NCBI GenBank assembly: GCA_034521815.1
Contig: JAXHLW010000013.1
Coordinates: 1,632,001-1,696,000, forward strand
DNA from: Trueperaceae bacterium
Lineage (GTDB): Bacteria; Deinococcota; Deinococci; Deinococcales; Trueperaceae
Direction: 5' to 3'
DNA: 64,000 nt
In this document: positions 63,681 to 64,000 of the stretch, one piece after another
How positions within the stretch are numbered: the stretch's first letter is position 1
Layout of the letters: the number at the start of each line of letters is the position of its first letter
Position numbers and translations under genes: made by a program
Notes under the pieces: generated by a model
What the model was told of the DNA's origin: nothing
The model's input: only the letters and a program-made list of their open reading frames with translations
Database searches by the model: none

Positions 63681-64000
63681 GCCCGAACGCCATGAACCGG
63701 GTCCGCGACCTCCTTCCCGTCGTCCTGTTCGCCGTCGCGCTGTGGTTCCTGCCCGACCTGCTGCGGGCGTGGAGCGGCCGCGCCTCGGTCAGCTACCTGT
63801 CGCTGGTCACGAACGGGCTGGGACTGGCCGTGCTGGCGCTGTCGTGGGACATCCTGGCGCGGACCGGCCAGCTGTCGCTGGCGCACGCCGCGTTCTACGG
63901 CGCCGGCGCGTACGTGACCGCGGTCCTCGCCCGGCTGGACGTCGGTCCGCTGTGGCTGGGCATTCCCGCGGCCGGCGTGTTCGCCGTGCTGCTGGCGCTG
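63677..64000 (+). CDS. LivM-type ABC permease (partial, runs off window)
   Basis: LALSWDIL..TGQLSLAHAAFYGAGAY. Confidence 0.88.
   Translation, partial: MSPNAMNRVRDLLPVVLFAVALWFLPDLLRAWSGRASVSYLSLVTNGLGLAVLALSWDILARTGQLSLAHAAFYGAGAYVTAVLARLDVGPLWLGIPAAGVFAVLLAL

Overview
High-GC bacterial chromosomal segment, most likely Deinococcota (Truepera-like). The basis is the sigma-70 C-terminus [17 protein letters not shown], a Thermus-type AioA, a Thermus-type 7Fe ferredoxin and many leaderless genes. Family calls come from recalled motifs; no database searches were run. 1-35.6 kb is mostly housekeeping and stress genes: polX, yojF-bshB2, khtTU, MFS/MarR, a two-component system with three universal stress proteins, pgm, a divergent RpoD-like sigma factor, a MarR-TolC-TolC-MFP-RND efflux operon, a nitronate monooxygenase-family enzyme, hppA, tdh-kbl and secreted proteins. 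35.7-51.6 kb is a head-to-tail duplication of a ~7.9 kb module (DUF418 <- -> SARP/BTAD-NB-ARC-TPR regulator -> aioB -> aioA arsenite oxidase). The second copy is full of indels and may be an assembly or haplotype artefact. 51.6-57.2 kb is a partly decayed accessory stretch. 57.3-64 kb is a TetR/FabH-like/acyl-CoA ligase/hydrolase/ABC operon. Top leads: (1) an unexplained duplicated non-coding cassette with a 360-bp period at 27.59-28.20 kb, with divergent -10 boxes, a long stem and a 59/61-identical core; (2) aioBA placed behind a STAND-type regulator instead of AioXSR/ArsR; (3) tandem repeats at gene junctions (8.6 kb, 14.8 kb) that form unbroken chains of start/stop-overlapped mini-ORFs; (4) a probable second, group-2-like SigA paralog. 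No CRISPR array, rRNA, tRNA, integrase or transposase was recognised.
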